Notes: a model not told the origin generated them from the sequence alone. A DNA stretch of 64,000 bases from Candidatus Peregrinibacteria bacterium (GCA_037143575.1 JBAWYM010000001.1:8327-72326); one strand, 5' to 3'; counted from the stretch's first letter, positions 7,249 through 17,041 are shown. Made by a program: numbers and translations.

Positions 7249-7785
7249 ATGACTAATGAATCTCCAGAAAATGACCGCCCACATACAAGTGATGACACAG
7301 TGCCGTCAAAGCCGCCAAGCGCTGATAGACATCAGCAAAACCATTCTATCCGACCCCACAATTATCAATCGGTATTCAAAAGAATGTATGAGGAAATTGA
7401 TGAAGAATTGAGACGGGCTTTCACAGAGTTACTGTCTAGCATGAGTTTGCCTTTTGATCTCAAAGGTGGTCTTCATCAAGCTAGTGACGAAAGTACTGTG
7501 TTTTTGCGGTGCGTACGATCAGAAACCGTCGAAGGAAAGGTGTTTCATTATTACGCAGGTTTTATACATGATTCATTTCCCGCTAGCGCAGCTGTTATAG
7601 GAATTCCATGGCAGATCATAGATGCTTCAACGAAGAAAGTGATTGGTGAAGGTACCACAGAAGTATGCGGCCACTTTGGATTCCGGATCAAAGATTCAGC
7701 TGTTTCGGAACCAAAGAAATTGGAATTGCGTTTTGGGCAACAACAATCAGCCATCGAGCAATCTGCGTCTCCTCCATCTGTATGA
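7249..7785 (+). CDS. Hypothetical protein (178 aa)
   Basis: ORF with ATG at 7249 directly after leader copy B. No family recognised. Visibly more A/T-rich than its neighbours. Confidence 0.5.
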   Translation: MTNESPENDRPHTSDDTVPSKPPSADRHQQNHSIRPHNYQSVFKRMYEEIDEELRRAFTELLSSMSLPFDLKGGLHQASDESTVFLRCVRSETVEGKVFHYYAGFIHDSFPASAAVIGIPWQIIDASTKKVIGEGTTEVCGHFGFRIKDSAVSEPKKLELRFGQQQSAIEQSASPPSV

Positions 7786-7828
7786 GATGTTCAAATTTCT
7801 CATTTCTCATTCATTCCCCCCCACTCCC

Positions 7829-8281
7829 ATGTCCGAGAAACCTTCAGAACATCAACGGCCAAAAAGATTGCTTACCTTTCCTGAATTCGTTCGTAAAGTA
7901 GAAATCTGTACCGATAGATTACTGGCAAGAGCTGATCAGAATTTAGATGACCATGAGGATGATGCACCAATGGATCAAGCACGAATTGATGAAATCCGCC
8001 GCAGAGTTGCTAAAAGACTCGCCTCCACTCCCAATCACGAAAACCTAGTTGACCACGATCAGCAAATATCTACATTTTCACTCGATGATATCGCTGAGAA
8101 TGATGGTGACACTCGTGCTGATTATGAAGAAATCGTAAGATTGCTTGAGAGCATGCCCGATGAACGTCTCTCTGATGAGGCAGCTGTTGTTCTCTATGGT
8201 AATTTCCGGGATAGGGTGAAGAGACAGTTGGGTATTGAATTACCCGAGAAATTACCTACAGCTCTTCCATCAGAGGAATAG
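7829..8281 (+). CDS. Hypothetical acidic protein (150 aa)
   Basis: ORF with ATG at 7829 preceded by TTTCTCATTCATTCCCCCCCACTCCC. No family recognised. Confidence 0.5.
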   Translation: MSEKPSEHQRPKRLLTFPEFVRKVEICTDRLLARADQNLDDHEDDAPMDQARIDEIRRRVAKRLASTPNHENLVDHDQQISTFSLDDIAENDGDTRADYEEIVRLLESMPDERLSDEAAVVLYGNFRDRVKRQLGIELPEKLPTALPSEE

Positions 8282-8293
8282 CCAGATTCAATC

Positions 8294-8319
8294 GTGGGGC
8301 GAATCCCCCTTCGCCCCAC
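8294..8319. repeat. Perfect 10-bp hairpin GTGGGGCGAA-tccccc-TTCGCCCCAC
   Basis: Read directly from the sequence. Related to the CGAAGTGGGG repeat family. No T-run follows. Confidence 0.7.
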
Positions 8320-8356
8320 TCATTGGATGACCCTTCCCAAATCCCGAAAACCCCCA

Positions 8357-8384
8357 TTGCTTAGCCCAGATTCGCTGCTACAAT
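8357..8384 (+). promoter_or_regulatory. Sigma70-like promoter TTGCTT-N16-TACAAT
   Basis: Hexamers and spacing read directly from the sequence, about 30 nt upstream of ATG 8415. Confidence 0.5.
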
Positions 8385-8414
8385 GGCATTCAGCACTTCC
8401 TCCTCTCTTTTCCC

Positions 8415-9074
8415 ATGGCCGATCCGACACCCCCCACGCCTCCCCGTCCCGGTGATCCCGTCCCCGCAGGAGGGCTCGATCCCACGCAGGTTTTCGGTAC
8501 GCCACCGCCACCGCCTCCACAGGCCGGTGCCGCTGGTGCTGCCGGAGCCAAGCCTGTAGCCGGTGCTGCTGGTGCGCAGGATGATGGTGCGATTCCACAG
8601 GACATGGGTCCGCCACCGCCTCCGGTGGGGACGATCGCGACCAAGGAAATGGGATTCGATGATGAGGACATCCGTATTCTCGGCGAAATCGGCAATTACC
8701 GCTTCGGGAGCATTACGGTTTCACTGACCAATGACAATATCATCGTCCCCGCTCATACCGAGACGAAGATGGACGAGCAGCTTTTCTTGACCTTGCTCCG
8801 CGGTTCCATCTCCCTCACACGCGACGAGAAGTGGCGCATCATCCAGGCCATTCCCAAGCTCAGTCAGTTCCAGATCGATGAGCTCCAGAAGATCCTGGAG
8901 GAGGAGAAGAAGAAGTTCTCCGAGCTCTCGCCCAAGCACCTCCTTCAGCTTCAGAAGTTGGAACAGAAGCACGCCGCCGACTGGACCGATCTGCAGGCTG
9001 TCACCGTGCAGACGGCCGCCAAGAGCGACGAAGCAGCGAAGGCAGAGGAGATCAGGAAACAACTGGGGCTATAA
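8415..9074 (+). CDS. Hypothetical protein with Pro/Ala/Gly-rich N-terminus and coiled-coil-like C-terminus
   Basis: 219-aa ORF. The low-complexity PPPPPP/AGAAGA N-terminal part is followed by a charged helical region. Confidence 0.55.
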   Translation: MADPTPPTPPRPGDPVPAGGLDPTQVFGTPPPPPPQAGAAGAAGAKPVAGAAGAQDDGAIPQDMGPPPPPVGTIATKEMGFDDEDIRILGEIGNYRFGSITVSLTNDNIIVPAHTETKMDEQLFLTLLRGSISLTRDEKWRIIQAIPKLSQFQIDELQKILEEEKKKFSELSPKHLLQLQKLEQKHAADWTDLQAVTVQTAAKSDEAAKAEEIRKQLGL

Positions 9075-9117
9075 TTGGATTTTTTGAGCATAGTGCTGTT
9101 ATGAGTATGTTGAGCAT

Positions 9118-9199
9118 TGGCGATTTGAAATTTGCGAATTGCGATTGATTACTGAATGGGACTACAAATCGCAATTCGCCAATCAAGAAATCGCAAATC
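9118..9199 (-). repeat. Inverted AATCGCAAAT-type array (13-bp perfect stem) directly after the stop of the 9202 gene
   Basis: GCGAATTGCGATT / AATCGCAATTCGC arms. Positions 9166-9199 match 9882-9915 with one mismatch. Confidence 0.8.
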
Positions 9200-9201
9200 T
9201 T

Positions 9202-9780
9202 TTAGATAACGTTCATCCGATACACCACAAACACTCCAATTCCAATGAGAGTGAAAAGTAGGCCGCTCTTCCAACTCCCCTCAATCTTCTTCCACATGCC
9301 GCTGAGGAGCAGAAAAAGCCACGCAGCGAACGTGAAACTGAGGACGAGGGGAGAGAGGAAGAGTCCCTCCAGGAAGGGAATATCAAAAGGGAGAAGCCGA
9401 AACGATGTGTACGACCCGATGGCGTAGACCAGGAAGTACCACGCGAGGAGCCAGCCCGCATAGAGCCGAAGCGTATCGATCAGCGGAAAATAGGTGGATG
9501 ACGCGGTTTCTGCAGGTGCTGGTGAAGAAGAATTGGGCGCAAATGCATCTGGCGGTTCTGCAACAGCCGAAAAAAGCTTCTCTGCTTTCTCGGGTGTCAG
9601 CTGCTCTCCGGTCACTTCCCAGGGAATCGCATTCTCCGCCATGGTTGTTTCGTGAATTTCCTGAACCGTAAGGGATAATTCCTTGAGAGCATCGCGGGCA
9701 TTCTCGAGGCTTTCGGCAGTTACCGTCCCTTCCTTCATCTTTCCATCACTGTCCTGGGCGGTATAGGAGAATTGGGGCAT
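9202..9780 (-). CDS. Membrane protein with GspF/PilC-like N-terminal motif
   Basis: The N-terminus FSYTAQDSDGKMKEGTVTAESLENARDALKELSLTVQEI resembles the start of type II secretion / type IV pilus platform proteins. The C-terminus has 4 hydrophobic helices. Confidence 0.5.
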   Translation of the reverse strand: MPQFSYTAQDSDGKMKEGTVTAESLENARDALKELSLTVQEIHETTMAENAIPWEVTGEQLTPEKAEKLFSAVAEPPDAFAPNSSSPAPAETASSTYFPLIDTLRLYAGWLLAWYFLVYAIGSYTSFRLLPFDIPFLEGLFLSPLVLSFTFAAWLFLLLSGMWKKIEGSWKSGLLFTLIGIGVFVVYRMNVI

Positions 9781-9837
9781 GGGAGGATCATAGCATATTG
9801 AGCTGCGACAATTGTACCTGTGAAGAATGAAGTGCTG

Positions 9838-9915
9838 ATATTTGCGATTTGCGATTTACGAATTGCGAATTGATCGTGGATAAATCGCAATTCGCAAATC
9901 AAGAAATCGCAAATC
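9838..9915 (-). repeat. Inverted AATCGCAAAT-type array directly after the stop of the 9921 gene
   Basis: Same family as 9118-9199. Together the two copies form direct repeats flanking gene 9202-9780. Confidence 0.8.
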
Positions 9916-9920
9916 GTCCT

Positions 9921-10910
9921 CTACTTCTTCTCCGTCGCCGTCAGGTGCGCCGTCATATAATCCACAGCGCCCTTCAGGCTTGCTGGAGCGGAGATCTCGA
10001 AATGCTGATTACCGGTCCAAGCCTTGAATCCAACGACCTTGTCTCCGGAAGACAAAACCTGCCCATCCGTAGCGCCGGTGGTCGAAATGTCTCCGCTGAG
10101 GAGATTGACGACGATCGGTCCGTCACCCACGGCATTAATTTCCGCTGCACTCGCCTCCACGCGCCAGAGCGCAGTTGTGTTGGCGGAGAAGGAAACGTAG
10201 TACCAGTATTTGTGCATGGGAACGCAGAAACCGATGTGATCGGTGCAATACTTCTGCGTCCAGTTGGCATCGGAGAAATCCTCTTTGGCCATTTTCTTGA
10301 CGAGTGCGAGGAAAGATTCGGTCGGCACTCCAGCAACAGGAGAAACTGCAGCGACTGAACTGCTCGAAACCGGATTCGGCTTGATGACCGGAGGAGTGAC
10401 AGAAGGTACGGCAGGAGCTTTGCTGGATGCTACGGTTGGGACCGAAGAAACCACTAGCGGGGCTTGGGACTGAACGGATGATGTCGGCGCGAAGCTCTCG
10501 GATGAAATCAGCGATGCCTCAGATGAGGACGATAAAGGTTCGACAAGGAGCTGAATTTTCTCGACGCGCATAATGGTCCCTCCCTGTTCTGTCGTCGGAC
10601 GCGTGGATCCTGTCACTTCCGCCTCTTCACCGACATAGCCATTGAGATCCACAGTCTCGCTCGACAGCAGAATGAAACCTCCGGTACTGAGCTGCAGTCG
10701 GTGTGTCCCTTCCATGTACACGCTCACGGTATTGGTCTGGACGATTCCCTGATAGACCACATTATGCGTTTCGACGACCAGTGCTTCGCTCGAAGCAGGA
10801 GCCGACGAGGAAGATTCCCCTGCAGAAGATGGAGTGGTCGTGCTGCTACAGGCGACGAGCAACGTGGGGAGAAGGATTGCTACGGAGAGAAGGACGGTGC
10901 GTGAACGCAT
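9921..10910 (-). CDS. Predicted lipoprotein with Ser/Pro/Val-rich linker
   Basis: ATG at 10910 gives MRSRTVLLSVAILLPTLLVAC-SS (lipobox). The longer ORF extension runs into a terminator. Confidence 0.6.
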   Translation of the reverse strand: MRSRTVLLSVAILLPTLLVACSSTTTPSSAGESSSSAPASSEALVVETHNVVYQGIVQTNTVSVYMEGTHRLQLSTGGFILLSSETVDLNGYVGEEAEVTGSTRPTTEQGGTIMRVEKIQLLVEPLSSSSEASLISSESFAPTSSVQSQAPLVVSSVPTVASSKAPAVPSVTPPVIKPNPVSSSSVAAVSPVAGVPTESFLALVKKMAKEDFSDANWTQKYCTDHIGFCVPMHKYWYYVSFSANTTALWRVEASAAEINAVGDGPIVVNLLSGDISTTGATDGQVLSSGDKVVGFKAWTGNQHFEISAPASLKGAVDYMTAHLTATEKK

Positions 10911-11031
10911 AATTTGGAGAGGAAATTGGAAAGTGGAAAGTGGAAAATGACGTCTTTGAAGCTTTGAGCATTCCACGAGAAAATAGATCTGTATTGTAGG
11001 CGACTTAAGGAGATGAGGATAGTTGTTCTCC

Positions 11032-11060
11032 AAAAAGAGCGGCCGAAGCCGCTCTCTTTT
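11032..11060 (-). terminator. Intrinsic terminator (AGAGCGGC-TTCG-GCCGCTCT, flanked by A5/T4)
   Basis: On the minus strand there is an 8-bp stem with a UUCG loop, then TTTTT, 20 nt after the stop of the DsbA-like gene. Confidence 0.7.
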
Positions 11061-11078
11061 CAATGACAAAATACGAAG

Positions 11079-11819
11079 CTACTTCGCGAGAAGAGCATCG
11101 ATGGCCGTCTGGAAGTTGGCAACCGGCTGCGCACCGGATACCTCCTTCACCTGCTTGGTCTCATGGTTCACGATAATATTTCCCGGAGTTCCGCTGATAC
11201 CGACCTTGCTGCCGGATTGCTCCATATCGCTGATCTTGGATGCAAACTTGCCACTATCGAGACAGGTCTTGAAGGCTGCCTCTTTGAGGCCGATGGCCTT
11301 GGCATACGTCGCAAGCTGAGCGATGTCGGCACCCTTTGCATAAATCATGTCTGTCATCTCCCAGAACTTCGTGTTCCCTCCCAATTCGGTAGCACACTCG
11401 GTGGCCTCAGCGGCCTTCTGAGCGTTCGGGTGCATTTGGGGCGGAAGCGGGAAGTGACGGAAGACCCAGTTCACCTTTCCGCTATTGTCTTTGATGATCT
11501 GCTCAATCGTAGGATGCACACGAGCACAGAACGGACATTCCAGATCCGAGTACTCGATGATCGTAATCGGAGCATTCACGTCACCACGGATGTGATCCGT
11601 CTGGGAATCTACGGGCAGAATATCCGCATAAGCGGGAGCTGTGTCTGCGGGAGGAGCCGCAGGAGGAGTAGGCTGCTGAGCCGTGGGAGCTATAGCAGTA
11701 GGAGCCTTGATGGGTATACTAGTCATTTTCGCTGCGGTGAAACCGACGATGATGCCAATGAGGACCATCGCAATGCCAAACCACATCTTGGTATCGGATT
11801 GCTGAGAAGAATCAGCCAT
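11079..11819 (-). CDS. DsbA-family thiol:disulfide oxidoreductase, membrane anchored
   Basis: CPFC active site in a thioredoxin-like context (IIEYSDLECPFCARVHP). N-terminal transmembrane helix. ATG at 11819. Confidence 0.8.
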   Translation of the reverse strand: MADSSQQSDTKMWFGIAMVLIGIIVGFTAAKMTSIPIKAPTAIAPTAQQPTPPAAPPADTAPAYADILPVDSQTDHIRGDVNAPITIIEYSDLECPFCARVHPTIEQIIKDNSGKVNWVFRHFPLPPQMHPNAQKAAEATECATELGGNTKFWEMTDMIYAKGADIAQLATYAKAIGLKEAAFKTCLDSGKFASKISDMEQSGSKVGISGTPGNIIVNHETKQVKEVSGAQPVANFQTAIDALLAK

Positions 11820-11948
11820 AGGAGTAGGGGGAAAAATGCCCGCCCAGTGTGCGGGAGGTTTATGAGGTTGTAAAGTCAGGAAATCTTTCAGCAATGATTG
11901 ACGAAATTCCGATCGACATTCTGCGCTGCTGTTCAGGAATGTCTCCCC

Positions 11949-13367
11949 TCAAATGCCGCTACCGGATACCGTCGAACCGGACTCTGCACTCGCATGTAAC
12001 AATGCGTACTTTCGGGGAATAGACAAGGGCATTCCCTTATAACGTGAAATCAGCGGACGATCTTCGATGCGACCATCGCTGTAGGAAACTTCCTGAACCC
12101 AAGCGATTTCATTGGAACGAATCGTCTTCGATTCCAACGACTGCTCAGACTGGTCCGTATCGGCGAAATATGGGCCACGGATGTCAGTCATCCTCCCGTC
12201 GGGTGTGCCGTAAATATTCACCACTACTTCCGTTCCTTCATCGTACGACTGAATAAGAATCCAACTTGAAGAATCATTCATAAACGTAAGATCCTGCACC
12301 CCCGGAAGAACCGTTGCATCAATTCCGACGCCAAATTTTTCATAATAGGACACATATAGGCTGTGATTCGCGCGCTTTTCGATCGGAAATCCCGCACTCA
12401 GAGCTGCTCGGAGAGCTGTCGTAGAAACCTGGCAGATTCCGCCACCGGGAGCCATCACAAGTGTCCCCCCATCGATGATGATTTTCGCCATGTACCAGCC
12501 GTTGCCCGTCGTGACCGGCTTGCCAATCGTCGCGTTGAACGAGAAGGTTTCACCCGGGCCTACGAGAACATTACTGAGATGATCATTCGCAGCTTTTTGG
12601 ACATTCCTGATACGAGCAGCCGGAGAACCACTGAAATCCGAGCGACCACTGCCGAGAATCGTAAGACTCCCGAGTTCCCTGCCGGTTGCATTGATAATCG
12701 GCCCACCGGACCATGTCAGTGGCAAGGACACACGATCACCACCGGTGACCAGGACATTGGCGATATCATTGGTTGTTTTCGTCACATCGAACGTGTAACC
12801 GAACTTGGCCACTCCATCAGAAATCACACGAAGAACGTCGCCATCATCCACCGTTTCTTGGAGTGTCGATCCGACGGGACGAATGATGCCTTCGATAGAT
12901 GCATACGTGAGCGTCTCTGCAATACTTGCGGTGTCAAGAATGAAATGGGCTTGTGTTGTCGAAATTTCCGGGCGCATCCACTGCGGATAGGTCTGTACGC
13001 CGACAATCCAAGGGTGCGTCGTACCATCAGGAAATCGGAGATCAACTGTGACAGAGCGATTCATGAGAGCGTGCTGTTCACGAATCGCCGTGACAAGAGC
13101 GGATATCGAAGGAGTCGGAAGAGAGCGCTTCGCAAGTCTCCTACTGAGTCGCGCGGCAATACGCAGGAGCGCGGCATCACTATCGGAAAGAGAGACCGGA
13201 ACCTCAGATGATTTCCACGATGGCAATAACGGAAGGTTGACGGACGCCGAGAATATCAATGGAGATTGCTTCGACGAAAGCATGAATCCCACAGAAAGAC
13301 TAAGACACAGCGCTCCCAGAGTCAGCGCAATTCCTGTTCGAAAATACTTTGAGTGTTTGAAGTTCAT
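11949..13367 (-). CDS. VanW-domain protein
   Basis: GGGICQVSTTALRAALSAGFPIEKRANHS matches the VanW core motif. N-terminal signal/anchor. Confidence 0.75.
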   Translation of the reverse strand: MNFKHSKYFRTGIALTLGALCLSLSVGFMLSSKQSPLIFSASVNLPLLPSWKSSEVPVSLSDSDAALLRIAARLSRRLAKRSLPTPSISALVTAIREQHALMNRSVTVDLRFPDGTTHPWIVGVQTYPQWMRPEISTTQAHFILDTASIAETLTYASIEGIIRPVGSTLQETVDDGDVLRVISDGVAKFGYTFDVTKTTNDIANVLVTGGDRVSLPLTWSGGPIINATGRELGSLTILGSGRSDFSGSPAARIRNVQKAANDHLSNVLVGPGETFSFNATIGKPVTTGNGWYMAKIIIDGGTLVMAPGGGICQVSTTALRAALSAGFPIEKRANHSLYVSYYEKFGVGIDATVLPGVQDLTFMNDSSSWILIQSYDEGTEVVVNIYGTPDGRMTDIRGPYFADTDQSEQSLESKTIRSNEIAWVQEVSYSDGRIEDRPLISRYKGMPLSIPRKYALLHASAESGSTVSGSGI

Positions 13368-13532
13368 AAATGTGGTTGTTATGTATATTATAATATATTA
13401 TTATTAATTTAGCAAATGATTACTCCATACGTGATATGAGGCAGAATCCCCTTCATCAGATGATTCAAACATACAATATGAACAATTTATGTATGCAATA
13501 CTATGACTACTGAGTGTCGCAAGCCCTGCTGA

Positions 13533-13560
13533 TTGAATCTCGGCCATTCTGGCCTAGTAT
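13533..13560 (+). promoter_or_regulatory. Promoter-like TTGAAT-N16-TAGTAT, 6 nt before the rsmH GTG
   Basis: Hexamers read directly from the sequence. The spacing implies a leaderless transcript. Confidence 0.4.
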
Positions 13561-13566
13561 CGCGAA

Positions 13567-14469
13567 GTGCAAAAGCAGCCATTTCATGATCCGGTTCTGC
13601 TGGCGGAAGTCCTTTCCCTTCTCGATCCGGTCTCTGGTGAATCCGTTCTCGATGTCACACTCGGGCTCGGGGGACATGCATTGGCATTTTTGAAAAAGAT
13701 AGGGCAGAAAGGTTCTTTCGTCGGAATGGAAGCAGACGCGGAGAATCTCCTTCTCGCGACCAATCGTCTGTCCTCCTCTCCGGCTGCCGTGAAGCTCATC
13801 CACGGAAATTTCCGGGATATCGCTTCGTTCACAATCGACCCAGTGGATATACTTTTTGCTGATTTGGGATTGAGCTCGCCGCATATCGATGATGCCACAC
13901 GCGGTTTCTCTTTCCGTGAAGACGCTCCACTCGATTTGCGCTTCGATCGCACGCGGGGACTGAGTGCGGCACAGTGGCTCTCCGATGCCTCTGAAGCCTC
14001 TGTACGTTCAGTGCTACGGGAATACGGTGAGCTTGCTCAAGCCCATCAGATTGCTCGCTCTCTGTGCGCGAAGCAGCCACAGACAACGAGCGGCGTACAG
14101 CAAGCGGTAGAGCAGGCTTGTGGCTGGCGTGCGCGCTCGGTACTGCCACAAGTGTTTCAAGCTCTGCGCATCGCCGTGAACGATGAATTGGTTGCTCTCG
14201 ATACTCTCCTTTCCATCGGCCCTACCCTCCTTCTTCCTGGCGGACGTATGGGAATCATCTCGTACCATTCCCTCGAAGACCGAAGAGTGAAGCAATCTTT
14301 CCGTACGCTCGTAACTCCAGAAATTGATCCCCGAACTGGAGGCATCAGTATTCCTGCACCTTTCGCTCTCATCACGAGAAAACCCGTTGCCCCATCATCC
14401 GAAGAAGTCTCTATCAATCCCCGCGCACGCAGTGCAAAATTTCGGGCGATCCGGAAGATGCGTCTGTGA
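13567..14469 (+). CDS. rsmH: 16S rRNA (cytosine1402-N4)-methyltransferase
   Basis: HDPVLLAEV and DVTLGLGGHA motifs. GTG start. Confidence 0.9.
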   Translation: MQKQPFHDPVLLAEVLSLLDPVSGESVLDVTLGLGGHALAFLKKIGQKGSFVGMEADAENLLLATNRLSSSPAAVKLIHGNFRDIASFTIDPVDILFADLGLSSPHIDDATRGFSFREDAPLDLRFDRTRGLSAAQWLSDASEASVRSVLREYGELAQAHQIARSLCAKQPQTTSGVQQAVEQACGWRARSVLPQVFQALRIAVNDELVALDTLLSIGPTLLLPGGRMGIISYHSLEDRRVKQSFRTLVTPEIDPRTGGISIPAPFALITRKPVAPSSEEVSINPRARSAKFRAIRKMRL

Positions 14470-14553
14470 ATATTGCTCTATCTGCTACACTCCTCATCCG
14501 TGACCCGACAGTCGACGCCATCGGCTCTCCCCAATCGCTCCTCTTTGGGCCAA

Positions 14554-14874
14554 ATGGTGAATCAGAGCACCGTATTACTTATGATATCTATAGGATCACT
14601 CATCTTGTTACTCGCTCTGCTCATTCTCTTCCATCAAAACGCAACAGCGACGAAAGGGTACCAGCTGCGCACCCTCGAGCGGGAACGATCTCAGCTGCTC
14701 CTCGAAGAAGAAATTCTCAATATGCAGGTGGCAGAAGCGCAAGCCCTGCACCGATTGACGGAAGATTCCTTGGTTCAAGTAATGATTCCGATGAAGAATG
14801 TCCACTACGTGCAGCAGGATGTAACTGTTGCGGAACGAGAAAAAGACATTGGAAATGGAAATATTACGAAATAG
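14554..14874 (+). CDS. FtsL-like small bitopic protein
   Basis: 106 aa with one transmembrane helix and then a coiled segment. Sits directly after rsmH, as ftsL does in dcw clusters. Called from position and topology only. Confidence 0.45.
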   Translation: MVNQSTVLLMISIGSLILLLALLILFHQNATATKGYQLRTLERERSQLLLEEEILNMQVAEAQALHRLTEDSLVQVMIPMKNVHYVQQDVTVAEREKDIGNGNITK

Positions 14875-15022
14875 CCATTTGAATGAATATTCCTTTAGTA
14901 TTCAACAATTCTTCCAGTTTTCCCGGGTGGGATTATTATTAATAGAACATATCTCGTGTACCATGCAAGTTTCAGAGGAAGATAAAAGTGCGATTCTCTG
15001 CTAAAATAACAGGAAAACAAAC

Positions 15023-17041
15023 ATGCATTCCTTTCGACCTCTCTCGCTGGCATTCCTCTTCTGCCTCTTGGGCAGCGCATTTGGATTCATCCTCCCGAAT
15101 ACATTTCTTCGAGCCGCTGTCACGACTCCAACATTCACTGAATGCATTGGCAAAACGTACCCATCGCCCGGTTGTCCTCTCAAAGGCATCGGCACCGATA
15201 TCATCAACTCGTTGGGGCGACCAGTTCATTGCGGAGACGCCATTGTACAATCGAACGAAGGGGAGGAATGCGATCTTGGTCGATTTAATGGTATCAGCAC
15301 GTGCTCAGATGCCTGCACTCTTCTCTACTGTGGCGATACGGTGGTGACACCTTTCCTCGGCGAGGAATGTGAGCCGACCTTCAATGAAGTGTATGCCATT
15401 GATCCGAAGACCGGACAGATTGGAACACAGCGCACATTTACAATCCCCACCTGTGGAAAATCCTGTAGTCCTCCATTGTGTGATGTGACAGGTAATTGCT
15501 CTGGGGGGTGTGAATGGATATTTCTCGCAACCTGTGCGGGATCAGGAAGCAGCACTTCCCAAAATTCGCCACTGGAGGTCGTATCGATTGCGCAATCCTC
15601 TCTTTTCTCATCTCAGGCTTCCGAGTTGATGCACACAGTTGCGCCCACAGTGCGCTGTGGCGATGGAGTTCTTCAGGATAGCGAAGAGTGTGATGATGGA
15701 ATGAGGAATTCTGACCTTCTCCCCAACGCATGCCGGACGAACTGTCGGAAATCCTACTGTGGAGATGCGACGACTGACCACGGGGAACAGTGTGATACTG
15801 GGGCACGGAACGGACAACTTTGCATATCATCCTACGGGCAAAGCTGCACGTATTGTGCAAGTGATTGTCGCATGCTAGCAATCCAGGGTCCACGCTGTGG
15901 TGATGGAACAGTCGATGAAAGCGAGCAATGTGATGATGCTGCACGCAATGGACAGATCTGTACGCCGACCTACGGTCAGAGCTGCACGTATTGCATCAGT
16001 GATTGCCGCACAAAGACAGTCCAAGGTCCACGCTGCGGAGACGGAACAGTCGATCAGAGCGAGCAGTGTGATGACGGTGCACGCAATGGACAGGTCTGTA
16101 CTGCTTCATACGGCCAGAATTGCTCATACTGTGCAAATGATTGCCGTGAGCTCACATTCCAAGGTCCGCGCTGCGGTGATGGAGCGGTGGATAAAAGCGA
16201 ACAGTGCGATGACGGGGCTCGCAACGGACAGATCTGCAGCGCGTCCTATAATCAGACGTGTGACTACTGCACGAATGAATGCGCCTTAACAACCATTCAT
16301 GGCCCTCATTGCGGTGATGCAACGATCAACCTCGGGGAACAATGTGATGATGGCCCAAGAAATTCTGACGTCATCCAGAATAGCTGTCGTACCAATTGCA
16401 CTCTGCCACACTGTGGTGATGAAATCATCGACAAAGGAGAGCAGTGCGATAATGGAGTTCGCAACGGACAGCGGTGTACAGTTTCCGATGGACAAAGCTG
16501 CGATTTCTGTTCACTAGAATGTTCGACCGTTACCCTCAGCGGACCGCGCTGCGGAGACGGCATACTTCAATCCTCAGAACAGTGTGACGATGGTCCAAGA
16601 AATTCGGACGTGATGTCCAATGCCTGCAGAACGACCTGCACTCTCCCCCGGTGTGGAGACGACATTCTCGACAAAAGTGAATCCTGCGATCAGGGAGCTG
16701 CGAATTCTGATGTCGCACCCAATACCTGCCGACTCGACTGCTCACTTCCTCACTGCGGAGATTTCGTCATCGACAGAGGAGAGGAATGCGATGGGGGCAA
16801 AGATTGCACCTCGCAATGTCGCACAATCGGCTTCTTCGCAGCCCATGCAGGGACCATTGCATCAGGCGGGATCGCCGCGATCTTCCTCTCACTCATTCTG
16901 AGCTTCCTCTTCCGCAGAAACATCCTGTCTACACTGGGATCAGAAATGAATGGGCACACTATTGTTCCCTCCATCGATGATGTGCCACTCGATACCATCG
17001 AAATGCCGTGGCAGAAGTTCGGAGGAAAGCCGGGGAAGTAA
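15023..17041 (+). CDS. Secreted, C-terminally anchored cysteine-rich repeat protein (CGDG..D.GEQCDDG.RN repeats)
   Basis: Signal peptide, then about 10-12 repeats of 34 or 46 aa, each starting CGD[GA]x[IV]D and containing EQCDDG. Resembles the Myxococcus-type cysteine-rich repeat. C-terminal transmembrane helix. Confidence 0.8.
   Translation: MHSFRPLSLAFLFCLLGSAFGFILPNTFLRAAVTTPTFTECIGKTYPSPGCPLKGIGTDIINSLGRPVHCGDAIVQSNEGEECDLGRFNGISTCSDACTLLYCGDTVVTPFLGEECEPTFNEVYAIDPKTGQIGTQRTFTIPTCGKSCSPPLCDVTGNCSGGCEWIFLATCAGSGSSTSQNSPLEVVSIAQSSLFSSQASELMHTVAPTVRCGDGVLQDSEECDDGMRNSDLLPNACRTNCRKSYCGDATTDHGEQCDTGARNGQLCISSYGQSCTYCASDCRMLAIQGPRCGDGTVDESEQCDDAARNGQICTPTYGQSCTYCISDCRTKTVQGPRCGDGTVDQSEQCDDGARNGQVCTASYGQNCSYCANDCRELTFQGPRCGDGAVDKSEQCDDGARNGQICSASYNQTCDYCTNECALTTIHGPHCGDATINLGEQCDDGPRNSDVIQNSCRTNCTLPHCGDEIIDKGEQCDNGVRNGQRCTVSDGQSCDFCSLECSTVTLSGPRCGDGILQSSEQCDDGPRNSDVMSNACRTTCTLPRCGDDILDKSESCDQGAANSDVAPNTCRLDCSLPHCGDFVIDRGEECDGGKDCTSQCRTIGFFAAHAGTIASGGIAAIFLSLILSFLFRRNILSTLGSEMNGHTIVPSIDDVPLDTIEMPWQKFGGKPGK
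15652..16830 (+). repeat. Tandem coding repeats (about 102 and 138 bp units) within the Cys-rich gene
   Basis: Consecutive units share long identical DNA stretches (for example ggtccacgctg[tc]gg[ta]ga[tc]gg). Confidence 0.75.
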
